DNA of 62,543 bases, the filler included. It is 7 parts of 7 records of this genome, joined end to end, with 100 filler letters (N's around TTAATTAATTAA, not from the genome) between each part and the next. Parts side by side here need not be neighbours in the genome. Positions count along the whole stretch, not along the records: positions 1 to 24,409 come from SRR31147125_20655; 6 more parts are not named here. One strand, given 5' to 3'. Below, in pieces: positions 10,734-21,941 of this stretch. Both the position numbers and the translations under genes were made by a program. Each line of letters opens with the position of its first letter. Position 1 is the first letter of the stretch. Under the pieces are notes generated by a model. The model was not told where the DNA came from, did not search any database, and was given only the letters and a program-made list of their open reading frames with translations.

Positions 10734-12611
10734 CTATTCCTCTATTAATTCTATCGCATGAATTATTCTGACGTTATCCCGCTTTATAGGATTCTCACCA
10801 TTTCTGACATAGCTTTGCAAGGTATCATGCCACACATCATGAGCTGTTATTTCACTTATGGGAGCAAGATGAACAAGATTATTGACTCCTTTTCGAGTCG
10901 TTTTCAATTCATAATGTGCTTTATTATGCTTAAAATCTGATTGTGATATGACATCTGATGATTTCACAGTATAATTCTTATCAGGATTAATAAAAATGCG
11001 TGAAGGAAAATTCTCACTGCCATAAATACCCAAAAGTAACGGACCATGGTAAAACAAAGCGGCGTGATAAGTGTGGTCACTGGTTGTCCGACGTGTCACA
11101 GGATTTCCTTTTTCATCCTCAACACGAAGATCAATAGGAAAAGAAAGTTTAATCCGGTCGCCTTTTTGCCATTGTTTTGTCAGGGTCACATAGCCATTCT
11201 GACAGGTTTTATGTGCCGGTTTATCATTGATAGTAACAGACCAGTTTTTGGTCCAATGGGGTATTCTTAGATAGATGGGAATATCTTTTAATGATGTCTG
11301 TTGGCATGTCAGGACTGTGTTACCCGAATCAGGGTAATCCGTTTCCATTTTAAAACCTGGTGTTTTTTCCTGTTGAAAAGTTATCTCCAGGGGTGTATAA
11401 AAGTTAACCCAAACTGCGTCACCCTGTTTGACGACAGCTTGATTTAATATCTCGGCATAAGCATAAAGTCCATGCATATGGCAACACCACCATGCTTCAC
11501 TATAATTTTCATCGTAACCTCGAGCATTCAGTGTTGCGTGCCCAAAAAGTCCATTGGATGTTTGATGAAAATTAAGGCCATTCAACCACGTCAATTCCGC
11601 TTCTTCAATATAAAAACGATCCTGGCTTACCTGCCACATCATTAAATTTAGCCTCAGCCAGTCTGTAAGCGAGCATCCTTCGGTGCGAACATCTGTGGGA
11701 AACCATTCCGCCATGGCACCATCAGGCCGACGGGCATAACGCATAATAGAGTGCCAATATATATCAACGACTCTATTCCAAATAGCGTCTTGACCAGTGA
11801 CCTGATAAAGCTTAATCATTCCTACCATCGTATTCATATAAGAGTGGGAATGGTAATAACCAAAATCAGGCAATCGCGATGCAATTATTTTTGCGGCCTT
11901 TATAATATTTCGATCTTTAACAATATCATAGGTCATCATCAGGCCTTCCAGAACACTGGTTCGATGCGTCTGGATAAACTGCCAGCGGGAATAATTGTAT
12001 CGATCAAGAGAATCGATTGGCCCTGGCGGTTGCATTTCCCAATGTGGAACAGTTGAAATAATAAAATCACATAATTGGTGTGCTGCCTGTAAGAATTGCT
12101 TGTCCCCTGAAAGTTGATAATAATTAACCAGGCCCACTAACAACCGGCCATGACCAAACATTTGCCGTGCCGCCTGATCCCACCCCTTGTCCTGTTGATT
12201 TTCACCAAAAGAACCATCCTCATTTTGGTATTCCAGTACTCTTTGAGCGATCGAATCCAGTTTTGGCGGACGTTTCCCCAAAAGCCGTGCTGAGTAACTC
12301 CAGGCACCCAAAATACGACCGGAAACATCACCCTCATATTCCTCAAATCGCCTTTGCAGACCTTTGGTCCGGGCCACATCCTGAATCACAAATTCAATGT
12401 CAAAGGGATGTTCACATGACAATCGTTGTTGTGCCAGATCAATACGTTGGGCTAATTCGCCGGAAGCCGTGAGATGATCCGGGAATTCCATATGCCCGCT
12501 TTTATTCTTCTGTTGGCATGATAAACAAAAGGCAAAAATACAAACCAATACAATCCGTAAAAAATCTTTTTTGTTAACTTTTGAAAATCTCCTTCGCTGC
12601 ATAATAAACAT
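10734..12611 (-). CDS. GH127/GH146-like cysteine glycosidase, lipoprotein (start uncertain)
   Basis: Lipobox-like CLSC; TEGCS and WWCC motifs; YLRIPHW and WQKGDRIKLSFP beta-sandwich motifs. Confidence 0.78.
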   Translation of the reverse strand: MFIMQRRRFSKVNKKDFLRIVLVCIFAFCLSCQQKNKSGHMEFPDHLTASGELAQRIDLAQQRLSCEHPFDIEFVIQDVARTKGLQRRFEEYEGDVSGRILGAWSYSARLLGKRPPKLDSIAQRVLEYQNEDGSFGENQQDKGWDQAARQMFGHGRLLVGLVNYYQLSGDKQFLQAAHQLCDFIISTVPHWEMQPPGPIDSLDRYNYSRWQFIQTHRTSVLEGLMMTYDIVKDRNIIKAAKIIASRLPDFGYYHSHSYMNTMVGMIKLYQVTGQDAIWNRVVDIYWHSIMRYARRPDGAMAEWFPTDVRTEGCSLTDWLRLNLMMWQVSQDRFYIEEAELTWLNGLNFHQTSNGLFGHATLNARGYDENYSEAWWCCHMHGLYAYAEILNQAVVKQGDAVWVNFYTPLEITFQQEKTPGFKMETDYPDSGNTVLTCQQTSLKDIPIYLRIPHWTKNWSVTINDKPAHKTCQNGYVTLTKQWQKGDRIKLSFPIDLRVEDEKGNPVTRRTTSDHTYHAALFYHGPLLLGIYGSENFPSRIFINPDKNYTVKSSDVISQSDFKHNKAHYELKTTRKGVNNLVHLAPISEITAHDVWHDTLQSYVRNGENPIKRDNVRIIHAIELIEE

Positions 12612-14049
12612 GACCCCAGGCCTCCTGATCTTCAGGTGTAAATTCTTTTAATTTGAATGAACGTGTAACAAGGTCCCGGCCTTCCTGTAATGAACCAAGT
12701 TCCTTTTTTGCCAGAGCCTGGATCAGGATATTACCGATGGCTGTTGCCTCAACAGGACCAGCCACAACTTCGATACCTGTCGCATTTGCTGTGAACTGAT
12801 TAAGCATCTGATTTTTGGAGCCCCCTCCTACGACGTGTAGTTTCGTAATAGGTTTTCCACGCATGTGATTGATATTGTCCAGGACAAACCGGTATTTCAA
12901 TGCCAAACTTTCCAGAATACAACGAACAAACTCGCCTTTACTTTCCGGCACAGATTGATTCGTATTTTGACAAAACTCGGTAATGGCAGCCGGCATATCC
13001 ACAGGATTAAGGAACAAATCATTGTCCGGATCCACAATACACTTGAAGGCTTTAGCGCTGGAGGCTAATTGTAACAATTCTTCATAACTCAAAGAATCAC
13101 CCTGCCGCTCCCATTGTTTTTTGCATTCTTCCAATAACCACATTCCCATTACGTTGCGTAAAAAGCGGATTTTATGATCAACTCCACCTTCATTCGTAAA
13201 ATTGTTTCGTTGCGAATCCGCATTTATGATAGGTTCATCCACCTCAATCCCAAGTAACGACCATGTTCCGGAACTCAGGTAGGCCCAGTCATCCGATTGT
13301 GCTGGTACAGCCGCTACCGCTGAGGCTGTGTCATGACAACCTGGAGCAATGACATCAACCGGCGCTACGCCAGTGTCTGACAAAATATCTTTCAAGAGAG
13401 GTCCGACAATCGTTCCCGGAGTCACCAGGGGTGCCATAATATTCAAAGGAATATTCAGCTTTTCAAAAAGCACTGGCTCCCATTGTTTTTTACTGGCATT
13501 TAACAACTGCGAGGTGGACGCAATACTGTATTCTGAGCACTGGATACCCGTGGCAAAAAAGTTTAAAAGATCAGGAGTAAATAGCAATTTTTCAGCCGAA
13601 TCCAGCAAAGGACTATCTGATTTAACCATGCTTAATAATTGAAAAATACTATTAAACTGCATAAACTGGATACCTGTATATTCATATATCTTTTCCCGGT
13701 CCAAAAGTTTATAAGCTTCTTCCATCATACCATTGGTACGGCCATCGCGATAAGTAACCGGATTTCCAAGTAATGTATTATTCCTGCCAACAAGACCAAA
13801 GTCGACGCCCCATGTATCTACACCGATGCCGTTCAGCTCTTTAAAACCCCTGGCTGCAGCACGTCCCAGACCTATTTTAAACTGCTCGAACAAATTAAGA
13901 ATATCCCAATGATAATGACCCAGCATATAGATCTGTAAATTCCTAAATCGATGCACTTCTTCAAGTTTTATTTTATTATCAATAGAACCTAAAATGGCTC
14001 TGCCACTTCCGGCTCCCAGGTCCAAAGCAAAATATGTTGATGCCTTCAT
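12574..14049 (-). CDS. Rhamnulokinase/fuculokinase (FGGY family)
   Basis: DLGAGSGR, GVDTWGVDF, HDTASA, SSGTWSLLG, GPVEATAIGN. Confidence 0.93.
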   Translation of the reverse strand: MKASTYFALDLGAGSGRAILGSIDNKIKLEEVHRFRNLQIYMLGHYHWDILNLFEQFKIGLGRAAARGFKELNGIGVDTWGVDFGLVGRNNTLLGNPVTYRDGRTNGMMEEAYKLLDREKIYEYTGIQFMQFNSIFQLLSMVKSDSPLLDSAEKLLFTPDLLNFFATGIQCSEYSIASTSQLLNASKKQWEPVLFEKLNIPLNIMAPLVTPGTIVGPLLKDILSDTGVAPVDVIAPGCHDTASAVAAVPAQSDDWAYLSSGTWSLLGIEVDEPIINADSQRNNFTNEGGVDHKIRFLRNVMGMWLLEECKKQWERQGDSLSYEELLQLASSAKAFKCIVDPDNDLFLNPVDMPAAITEFCQNTNQSVPESKGEFVRCILESLALKYRFVLDNINHMRGKPITKLHVVGGGSKNQMLNQFTANATGIEVVAGPVEATAIGNILIQALAKKELGSLQEGRDLVTRSFKLKEFTPEDQEAWGHVYYAAKEIFKS

Positions 14050-14119
14050 GCTAGTTCCTTCTCAATTCTTTCTATTTTCTCAAAGACACTATTTTATATT
14101 ATAAAGATCGTTTTTTCAA

Positions 14120-14803
14120 TTATTCATCCAACATACACACGACAAGTCTTCTTGGACCATGCGCCCCTAAAACCAACACCTTTTCAATATCTGCCGTGCG
14201 ACTTGGGCCGGTGATCAGGATCATATTCTTCAGTCTTTCTTTCTTTTCAGCGGCAAATAACTCGAACATATTAGCCTTAATCTGTTCTTTTTTGATAACT
14301 ACCAGTATACAATCAGACAAAAAGTAAGAAAGAGTGCTGGGTGTGTCATCGTAAACGAGAGCAAGTGAGGCTATATCCGCAATGGCATGAGTTGCTGTTA
14401 CAACAGCCACTGGTATGGAAGCCAGTGTATCTTTTCTCTTTGCCATATCGATTTCATTGGCCACAACGGTATTTATATCAGCATTTTTACTCTTCATGCT
14501 CCTGGAAATCTGCCGGCAAAAATCATCACCTGTAATAGTTAAAGACTGATAGTCATTCTTTTGCATAATGTCACAAAAAAGAGAGATGATATCATCGATC
14601 TTTTTCATAATATGAAATTCACCGTTCACCAACTCTAACTCTTTTTGAAACTGCTTCCATAAATCCTCTGCCGTTTTTGGTGTGATCGAAGCGAGTTTCT
14701 CTTTTATGTTTTTGTCTGTGTTTTCAGGTAGGTCTGACAAACATGATGGGATTTTTTTTGCTTCTTTGATACGTGCCAGAATTTTTTCGCGACTTGATTG
14801 CAT
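14120..14803 (-). CDS. lutC: Lactate utilization protein C (LUD domain)
   Basis: ITGPSRTADIEKVLVLGAHGP motif; follows lutB. Confidence 0.85.
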   Translation of the reverse strand: MQSSREKILARIKEAKKIPSCLSDLPENTDKNIKEKLASITPKTAEDLWKQFQKELELVNGEFHIMKKIDDIISLFCDIMQKNDYQSLTITGDDFCRQISRSMKSKNADINTVVANEIDMAKRKDTLASIPVAVVTATHAIADIASLALVYDDTPSTLSYFLSDCILVVIKKEQIKANMFELFAAEKKERLKNMILITGPSRTADIEKVLVLGAHGPRRLVVCMLDE

Positions 14804-14867
14804 GTTTATCTCTTTAAAGTTTAGAGTCATTATGAATATGTTTTATGAACAGAAACACTATAAACAG

Positions 14868-16286
14868 CTATTTTTTATCATGGGTAAGTGTCTTTTCCAG
14901 TTCTTTAAACCGTTTGCGAAATCCTTTTGAATCAAACTGTCCCATTGCACGATCCTTCGTGTATCCAATAACAGGAAATGACTTTTCTTTTGGTAATAAT
15001 TGCTGCAGTTTACCCGGAAACCAGGTGGCTGTACGATAAAGCATGGGATGTTTGCTCAAAAAACTATGGATGGACATGCCCAATTTTTCTACCACATTTG
15101 ATTGATTCGACTCGACCATCTGATTGCGTAATTTTAACAGATGCAGAGGTAAATTAATCTTTAATGGGCACACATCATGGCAGGCACCACAGAGACTGGA
15201 TAAAAACGGCGCAACCTTTCCCTCCTTCTTACTCAAATATTGCGGGATAAGTGTGGCTCCAATAGGTCCCATATAAACCCATCCATACGCGTGACCGCCA
15301 ACTTGTTGGTAGATAGGACAAATATTCAAACAGGCACCGCAACGAATACAAAAAAGAGTTTCGCGCAATTGAGGATCTTGAAGTATTTTCGATCGACCAT
15401 TGTCCAGTAATATTATAGTTAATTCTTCGGATCCCTCACCATAGTTGTCCCGTCCAGGTCCACCAATTATATTAACAAATGTTGACGCTTTTTGACCAGT
15501 AGCACCCGGAGCCAACAATTTCAAAAAATATGGTAAAGCATCAAGATTAGGTATTAGTTTTTCAATTCCCATCACCGCGACATGTGTTTTAGGCAAACTC
15601 AGGGTATGGTGAGCATTGGATTCATTTTCAACGATACAGATACATCCGGGATCAGCAATAGCAAAATTAACGCCGGTAATGCCCATATCTGCTTTTAAAA
15701 ACTTTTCACGTAATTTAGCCCGGGCTATTTTTAGCAATGCCGTCGGATCTTCCGTATAGTCAACTCCCAACTTTTCATGGAACAACTTGCCGATGTCTTT
15801 ACGACTTAGATGCATTGCTGGAATAATAAGATGAGAAGGAATTTGCCCCATAAGCTGCACAATATACTCACCCAGGTCTGTTTCGAGTACTTCAATGTCC
15901 TGATTTTCCAGATAATCATTCAAATGAATCTCTTCGGTAGTCAGGGATTTTGATTTTACAATATTCTTAACCCCTCTTTTTTGAGCTATCTCTGCAATAA
16001 TATGTCGCGCCTCTTCAGCGTTAGCAGCCCATCGCACCTGGATACCATTCTTGTTGCAATTAGTCTCAAATATTTCCAGGTATGTGTCCAGATTCTCAAC
16101 AACCTCTTTTTTTATGGAATGGGCTTTATCTCTCAAATCTTGCCAGTATGGTATTTGATCCACGACTTTTTGTCTGGATTGGACCGAGGTCTCTGTCGCT
16201 TTGTCCACTGCCTTTCTTAATCGCTCATCATGAAGGGCTTCTTTGGTATATTTTTTTATTTTTGCAGGAGTCAAATCCATGGCCAT
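14868..16286 (-). CDS. lutB: Lactate utilization Fe-S protein B (LutB/LldF)
   Basis: KSKSLTTEE, ETDLGEYI, CIRCGACLNICP and SLCGACHDVCP motifs. Confidence 0.92.
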   Translation of the reverse strand: MAMDLTPAKIKKYTKEALHDERLRKAVDKATETSVQSRQKVVDQIPYWQDLRDKAHSIKKEVVENLDTYLEIFETNCNKNGIQVRWAANAEEARHIIAEIAQKRGVKNIVKSKSLTTEEIHLNDYLENQDIEVLETDLGEYIVQLMGQIPSHLIIPAMHLSRKDIGKLFHEKLGVDYTEDPTALLKIARAKLREKFLKADMGITGVNFAIADPGCICIVENESNAHHTLSLPKTHVAVMGIEKLIPNLDALPYFLKLLAPGATGQKASTFVNIIGGPGRDNYGEGSEELTIILLDNGRSKILQDPQLRETLFCIRCGACLNICPIYQQVGGHAYGWVYMGPIGATLIPQYLSKKEGKVAPFLSSLCGACHDVCPLKINLPLHLLKLRNQMVESNQSNVVEKLGMSIHSFLSKHPMLYRTATWFPGKLQQLLPKEKSFPVIGYTKDRAMGQFDSKGFRKRFKELEKTLTHDKK

Positions 16287-16362
16287 CCCTCTTCTCATAA
16301 AAACCTGAATAAAAACATATTATCTAAATGTCAAAAACAAGAACATCCGTTTTATGTCACAC

Positions 16363-17088
16363 TTACAAATTCAAACTATTGGCCAAAAGATCGGCAATAT
16401 GCATTGTTTTTGCTGTATTATTATGTTTGCGATTATATCCTTCAATGTTCATCAAACAACTGGAATCCGCACCAATACAGTATTCAGCCCCACTCTCATC
16501 TATGTAGCGACATTTTCTCTCAACCATGGCAATCGAAACGTCTTTATGTTTATATGAAAACGTCCCCCCAAATCCACAGCATATATCTGGTTTTTCCATT
16601 TCAACAAAATCAATATCTTTGATTCCCCGTATTAATTGCCGGGGTTGTTCATGAATGCCTAATTCACGATTTAAATGGCAGGAATCATGGTAAGTGACCT
16701 TGTGAGAAAACCGTCCTCCAAGATCCGTTACTTTTAATACATCCACGAGAAACTCTGTAAATTCGAACATTTTACCACAAAGATCATCAAGCGCGGGTTT
16801 CAATTCGTCACGAATATCCAATTCCTGGTAAAACTTTCTCACCATGGCAGTACAAGATCCGGATGGAGAAACAATGCATTCCTTATCTTTAAACAATTCT
16901 ATAAACCGCTCTGCAAGGGGAACGACTTCTTTACGATATCCGGAATTAAAGGCTGGTTGTCCACAACAGGTCTGATTTTCAACATATTCAACGTTGTGAC
17001 CCAGATGGTTAAATAACTTCGCCATTGACAAGGCAGGTTCGGGAAATAAATGTTCGGTGAGACATGGTATAAATAATGCTATTTTCAT
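16363..17088 (-). CDS. lutA: Lactate utilization protein A (CCG-domain Fe-S protein)
   Basis: QTCCGQPAFNSG, SGSC, YHDSCH, CCGFGGTFS. Confidence 0.92.
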   Translation of the reverse strand: MKIALFIPCLTEHLFPEPALSMAKLFNHLGHNVEYVENQTCCGQPAFNSGYRKEVVPLAERFIELFKDKECIVSPSGSCTAMVRKFYQELDIRDELKPALDDLCGKMFEFTEFLVDVLKVTDLGGRFSHKVTYHDSCHLNRELGIHEQPRQLIRGIKDIDFVEMEKPDICCGFGGTFSYKHKDVSIAMVERKCRYIDESGAEYCIGADSSCLMNIEGYNRKHNNTAKTMHIADLLANSLNL

Positions 17089-17196
17089 TTTCAGGTATCC
17101 GCCATAGAGTGAAATACGTTATCTGCCACAAAGTACAAAATAACTTTTTTAAACCAAATCGTGATTGATATAACCACTTTTTCTATTACAGTTGGC

Positions 17197-17241
17197 TATC
17201 CGTTTTCAGTCCATAGAAAAGTCCTCTACTGAAAACGGATA
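17197..17241. terminator. Perfect 14-bp stem-loop between fucI and lutA
   Basis: TATCCGTTTTCAGT / ACTGAAAACGGATA. Confidence 0.55.
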
Positions 17242-17309
17242 ACACAAACCATAAATGTTGTTCACACAATAATTAAAGTGCCCTCATATTTATAAAATAC
17301 AAGAACATA

Positions 17310-19124
17310 TTATCCATAGAGTGGTCCAAATGTGGTACAGGCACGATAGTCTGCGCCTTGATGATCCATGGCACCAAAAGCACTCCATGCACTTGGTCTG
17401 AAGATACGATCTTCTGACACATTGTGCATACAAACAGGAATTCGGAGCATGGAGGCTAATGTGATGATCTGATCACCAATGTGACCATAACTGATGGCAC
17501 CATGATTTGCTCCCCAATTTGCCATAACGGAATAGACATCTTTGAACGGACCTTCACCGGTTAAAATCGGTGCAAACCAGGTTGTTGGCCAGGTAGGATC
17601 TGTGCGTTTGTCCAGAATATCGTGGACATCTTCTGAAAGTTCAACTGTATAACCTTCTGCTACCTGAAGTACAGGTCCAAGTCCTTTAATGAGATTTAAA
17701 CGCATCATTGTCACAGGCATTTCACCAATCGTTTTAAACTGGGATGAATAACCACCACCACGAAAATATCCGAGACTGGCAGGGCACCATTGTGTTGCAT
17801 CAAGACATTTACCTGCCTCTTCAGGTGTAATATCCCACCAGGATTTCATGATGGATTGTCCATCCTGCTTTTGCTGGCCTGTTCCGTCCAGTGTTGTGGC
17901 ACCAGAGTTAATCAGGTGAATAATACCGTTAGCCGCTTTTCCGGTTAATTCTTTGCCTGCTACGCGTTTAACAGCATCCGGGCTCCAATAAGTACGTACA
18001 TCGGAAAAAATTTGTGCTGTATCTGTTAATAAATGACCAAACAACATAACAACACCATTGAGGCTGTCGTTTTCAGTGGCCACGAGATAAGGTTCGCGAA
18101 TACCATTCCAGTCAAAAGACGAGTTGAGAATCGCTTCCAGGAAATCGCCATTCGGGAAATGATCTGTCCACTGACGTTGTCCCTGAAAACCGGACAGAAT
18201 CGCATTATGACCCAGAGCTTCCTCGCCATGTCCGAGTTTTTTCAGATTTGGATTGCCAACCATAAGGTCGCGGGCAATCAAAGCCATCTTGACAACGGTT
18301 TCCCATTCCCAGTCTTTTCGTTTCCGGTCTGTTTTCATATCATCAGAATTCAGATCTGGTCCTTCAGGACAGTTTTCTTTTACCCATTTTAAGGCACGTT
18401 CGTACTCTTCCTTGTCATAAATTTCTTCATCAAAACGACGAACAAATTCAGACATATCAACCGTTTCATTTCTCATTCCAAGATAGTCCTGGAAAAAACT
18501 CTGATCAACAACAGAGCCGGCAATACCCATGGATACAGAACCCATGGATAGATAGGATTTACCTCTCATTTCGGCAACAGCCAAACCCGCTTTAGCAAAG
18601 GATAACAATTTTTTCTGCACATCCTGTGGAATGGAAGTGTCATCATTATCCTGTACGTCTTTGCCATAAATTCCAAAGGTGGGTAATCCCTTTTGGTTAT
18701 ATCCTGCAAGCGCTGCAGCTAAATAAACAGCGCCCGGTCGTTCCGTACCATTAAATCCCCAGACTGCCTTGGGAATTAAAGGATCAGAATCCATAACCTC
18801 TGTTCCATAACACCAACACGGAGTCACTGTCAAAGAAACGCCAACGCCTTCTCTGGCAAATTTTTCAGCACATTCAGCAGCTTCCGCAACGCCACCGATA
18901 CAGGTATCTGAAATGACAACATCTACAGGAAGTCCATTGGGATGACGAAGATTGTCACTGATTAATTTTGCAGCTGATTTGGCCATATTCATTGTCTGGT
19001 CTTCAAGAGATTCTCTTACACCCCGTTCACGGCCATCAATGACAGGCCGGATACCAATTTTCGGCAAAGAGCCTCTTAACCGTTTCACGGGCTCATTCAT
19101 TTTCAAATCTTTAATGTTTGCCAT
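17310..19124 (-). CDS. fucI: L-fucose isomerase
   Basis: [45 protein letters not shown]. Confidence 0.97.
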   Translation of the reverse strand: MANIKDLKMNEPVKRLRGSLPKIGIRPVIDGRERGVRESLEDQTMNMAKSAAKLISDNLRHPNGLPVDVVISDTCIGGVAEAAECAEKFAREGVGVSLTVTPCWCYGTEVMDSDPLIPKAVWGFNGTERPGAVYLAAALAGYNQKGLPTFGIYGKDVQDNDDTSIPQDVQKKLLSFAKAGLAVAEMRGKSYLSMGSVSMGIAGSVVDQSFFQDYLGMRNETVDMSEFVRRFDEEIYDKEEYERALKWVKENCPEGPDLNSDDMKTDRKRKDWEWETVVKMALIARDLMVGNPNLKKLGHGEEALGHNAILSGFQGQRQWTDHFPNGDFLEAILNSSFDWNGIREPYLVATENDSLNGVVMLFGHLLTDTAQIFSDVRTYWSPDAVKRVAGKELTGKAANGIIHLINSGATTLDGTGQQKQDGQSIMKSWWDITPEEAGKCLDATQWCPASLGYFRGGGYSSQFKTIGEMPVTMMRLNLIKGLGPVLQVAEGYTVELSEDVHDILDKRTDPTWPTTWFAPILTGEGPFKDVYSVMANWGANHGAISYGHIGDQIITLASMLRIPVCMHNVSEDRIFRPSAWSAFGAMDHQGADYRACTTFGPLYG

Positions 19125-19196
19125 TTCTAAAAGTCCTCATTTAAAATTATATTGATCTAATATTATAATTAAATAAATAGATAATTTGTGAAATAA

Positions 19197-20386
19197 TCAA
19201 GTTTCCTGAATAACTTTTTTTGTTTCCCGTGCGACCACAAGCTCTTCATTTGTTTCTAGAACCAAAGAGGTAATGGCAGAATCATCTGTCGTGATGATTC
19301 GTTGGTGGGAGCTATTTTTTGTATTATCCAGTTTTAAGCCCAGAAATTCCAGTGAAGACAGAACATCTTTTCTCAAAGATGCATCCTTTTGACCGATTCC
19401 CCCTGTAAACGTAATGGCATCAATACCTTCCATTAATACAATATATTCGCCAATATATCGCTTGATATCATAAATAAACTTGTTTCGTGCCAGTAACGCC
19501 CTTTCATTTCCTTCCTCTATAGCTTGATTAATATCCCGCATATCTCCTGATATTCCGGATAATCCAGCCAATCCTCCATTGTTGGAGCACTCTTTTAAAG
19601 CTTCTTCCAGAGAAAGTCCCTTCTTTTTCATGATATAGGGTAACACATAGGGATCCATATCACCAATTCGGGTTCCCTGAATTAAACCCGACTGTGGTGT
19701 AAAACCCATGGATGTATCAATAGATTGCCCATCTTTATAAGCACAGACTGATGATGATCCACCCAGATGACAAGATATAACTTTATGCTGGTCCTGTGCA
19801 AGACCTAAAACATTGACTGTTTCCATCGTAACAAAACGGTGTGAAGCTCCATGATAACCATATTTAACAACGCCAAACTCTTTTATCCATTCATAAGGTG
19901 TGCCATACACTTTGGCATATTCCGGTGCGTGAAGATGGAAACCGGGTTCAAAAACGCCAACAAGGGGTACGTCTGTGAGTAGATCCTGAAACATATAAAT
20001 GGCCGTCAAATACGGGGGATTGTGTGCAGGCGCCAGGTCGCAATAATCTTCCATTGCTTGTAATACGTCAGGCGTTAATAGTACGGATCCATTCAATTCA
20101 CCTGCCTGAATTGTTTTAAATCCAACACCATCAATATCATTTAACTGTTTTAACAGATTGTATGTTGGATTTATCAAAAAATCCAGGGAATGTTGTACTG
20201 CCTCCCGGTGGGAAGGTATAGGGAGTATTTCAGAAACGACTTTTTTTCTTTTATCCAATAGGAAATAATAGCGTCATCTTTTCCTACTCGTTCTGTATAA
20301 CCCCTCGCAAGCACGGTTTCAGTTGACATATCCAGTAACTGGAATTTGAAACTACTCGAGCCAATATTACATACAATAATTTTCAT
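19197..20386 (-). CDS. ackA: Acetate/propionate-family kinase; frameshift at T7 20241-20247
   Basis: NIGSSSFKFQL in 20174..20386 joins LAPAHNP, YGYHGASH, CHLGGSSS, TSMGFTP, FTGGIG, TNEELVVA. Confidence 0.9.
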
Positions 20387-20693
20387 AATGACCTATCAAC
20401 CTGTAATTGTACTAGTGGGAAATACATTATCAGACAGACGTTATGCTATACGGCTGTATCAAAGCTCTTTAAAGTAGTGAGGTACTTTAACAAACCAAAA
20501 TTTACAGTATTTTTTATAAATACCTTGTACCCACAATTCTACTTAGGATATTAGCAAAATTAAATCATTTTTGAACTTTTGATACAGCCTGAAAAACGTG
20601 TCTTTTATTAATCAAGTTGGTAATCACGCATTTTTTTTGGAACAGATATCGCCGTATCTAAAAAAATTGAACGCGATCTTGAGAGGAAATCCA

Positions 20694-21542
20694 TTATGAT
20701 TGCAGTTGTTTCATAATAGTTTCCGTAACCTGCTTGATTATCTGTTCCTTATCCAGTTGCCCGGACGGTTGATCCGTGGTTCTATAAGCACTACATGGTA
20801 CGACACCATCACTTATTTTTTCAGTAACGGTGTCACCTTGTGGTAAAGCGCAGGAATCAGATCCACCATCTTCACATGATTTACAGGCCACATCTGTTGT
20901 GATACCATATTTTTCCCGGATATCTATCAACTTTTGCACCTGATCTGTATTGAGCCTGTTCATATGCCCTAATTGCTTTGAAACAAAAGCGATATGAGCA
21001 AAATGCTCCAATGTTTCCATTTTATGGTAAGCATTAAGGACATCTTTGCCAATTGACAAAGCACCATGATTGGCCAGTAAAAAGGCGTCGTGATTCTTGA
21101 GGTACTTTAGGACAGGTTTAAAAAATTCTTCTGTTCCCGGAGTACCATATTCCACGATTGGGATGCCGCCAAGCACGATAATCACTTCAGGTAAAACGCA
21201 TTCATCCAATGGTATACCTGCAACCGCAAAACCGGTTGCATATGGCGGATGCGCATGACACACAGAATTAACATCCGGGCGATCCTTATAGATGCGAAGG
21301 TGCATGAATACTTCTGATGAAGGTTTTTTGCCGCTGGACAAGACTTTACCGTCCATATCAACAAGCACCATATCATCTGGACTCATATATCCTTTGCTGA
21401 CACCTGTAGGTGTAATCAGGACTCTCTTCTCATCTATTCTGGCACTAATATTACCATCATTAGATGCCACATAGCCACGGTCATAAACCCTTTTACCTGC
21501 TTCAACAAGATCCCGTTTTAATGAATAAATACTTTTCTGCAA
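20694..21542 (-). CDS. Class II aldolase (fuculose-1-phosphate aldolase-like) with C-terminal encapsulation peptide
   Basis: [28 protein letters not shown] start with AGGA RBS; tail [18 protein letters not shown]. Confidence 0.9.
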   Translation of the reverse strand: MQKSIYSLKRDLVEAGKRVYDRGYVASNDGNISARIDEKRVLITPTGVSKGYMSPDDMVLVDMDGKVLSSGKKPSSEVFMHLRIYKDRPDVNSVCHAHPPYATGFAVAGIPLDECVLPEVIIVLGGIPIVEYGTPGTEEFFKPVLKYLKNHDAFLLANHGALSIGKDVLNAYHKMETLEHFAHIAFVSKQLGHMNRLNTDQVQKLIDIREKYGITTDVACKSCEDGGSDSCALPQGDTVTEKISDGVVPCSAYRTTDQPSGQLDKEQIIKQVTETIMKQLQS

Positions 21543-21553
21543 GACTTATTCCT

Positions 21554-21840
21554 TTATTTTTTGCTTCTTTGGTTGGTAACAGAACTTCAACATCACTGTG
21601 AGGTCTTGGGATAACATGGACAGATACCAATTCTCCAACTTTTTCAACAGCTGCCGCACCGGCATCTGTGGCAGCTTTAATGGCGCCTACATCACCACGT
21701 ACGATAACTGAGACCAAACCACCACCAACCTGAACTTTGCCGACCAACTCTACATGTGCCGCTTTAACCATTGCATCGGCAGCTTCAACTGCACCGACAA
21801 AACCACGGGTTTCAATCATTCCTAATGCATCTTGTGCCAT
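21554..21840 (-). CDS. BMC-H hexameric shell protein (PduA/EutM family)
   Basis: [31 protein letters not shown]; true stop probably 21554-21556 if T6 at 21557-21562 lacks one base (ORF track runs to 21502). Confidence 0.95.
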
Positions 21841-21941
21841 TCTTAAATCTCCTTTAATTAATTTTGTGTTTTTATAACCTTTTTTTCTATTATTTACTAA
21901 CTGATTTATTTAGTGTTTCTTTGACATCAAAATTTGTTTTT

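Noticed and set aside
21502-21556. C-terminal extension on BMC-H overlapping the aldolase
   Set aside because: One extra A gives ..EAKK* directly before the aldolase RBS and TTG start.
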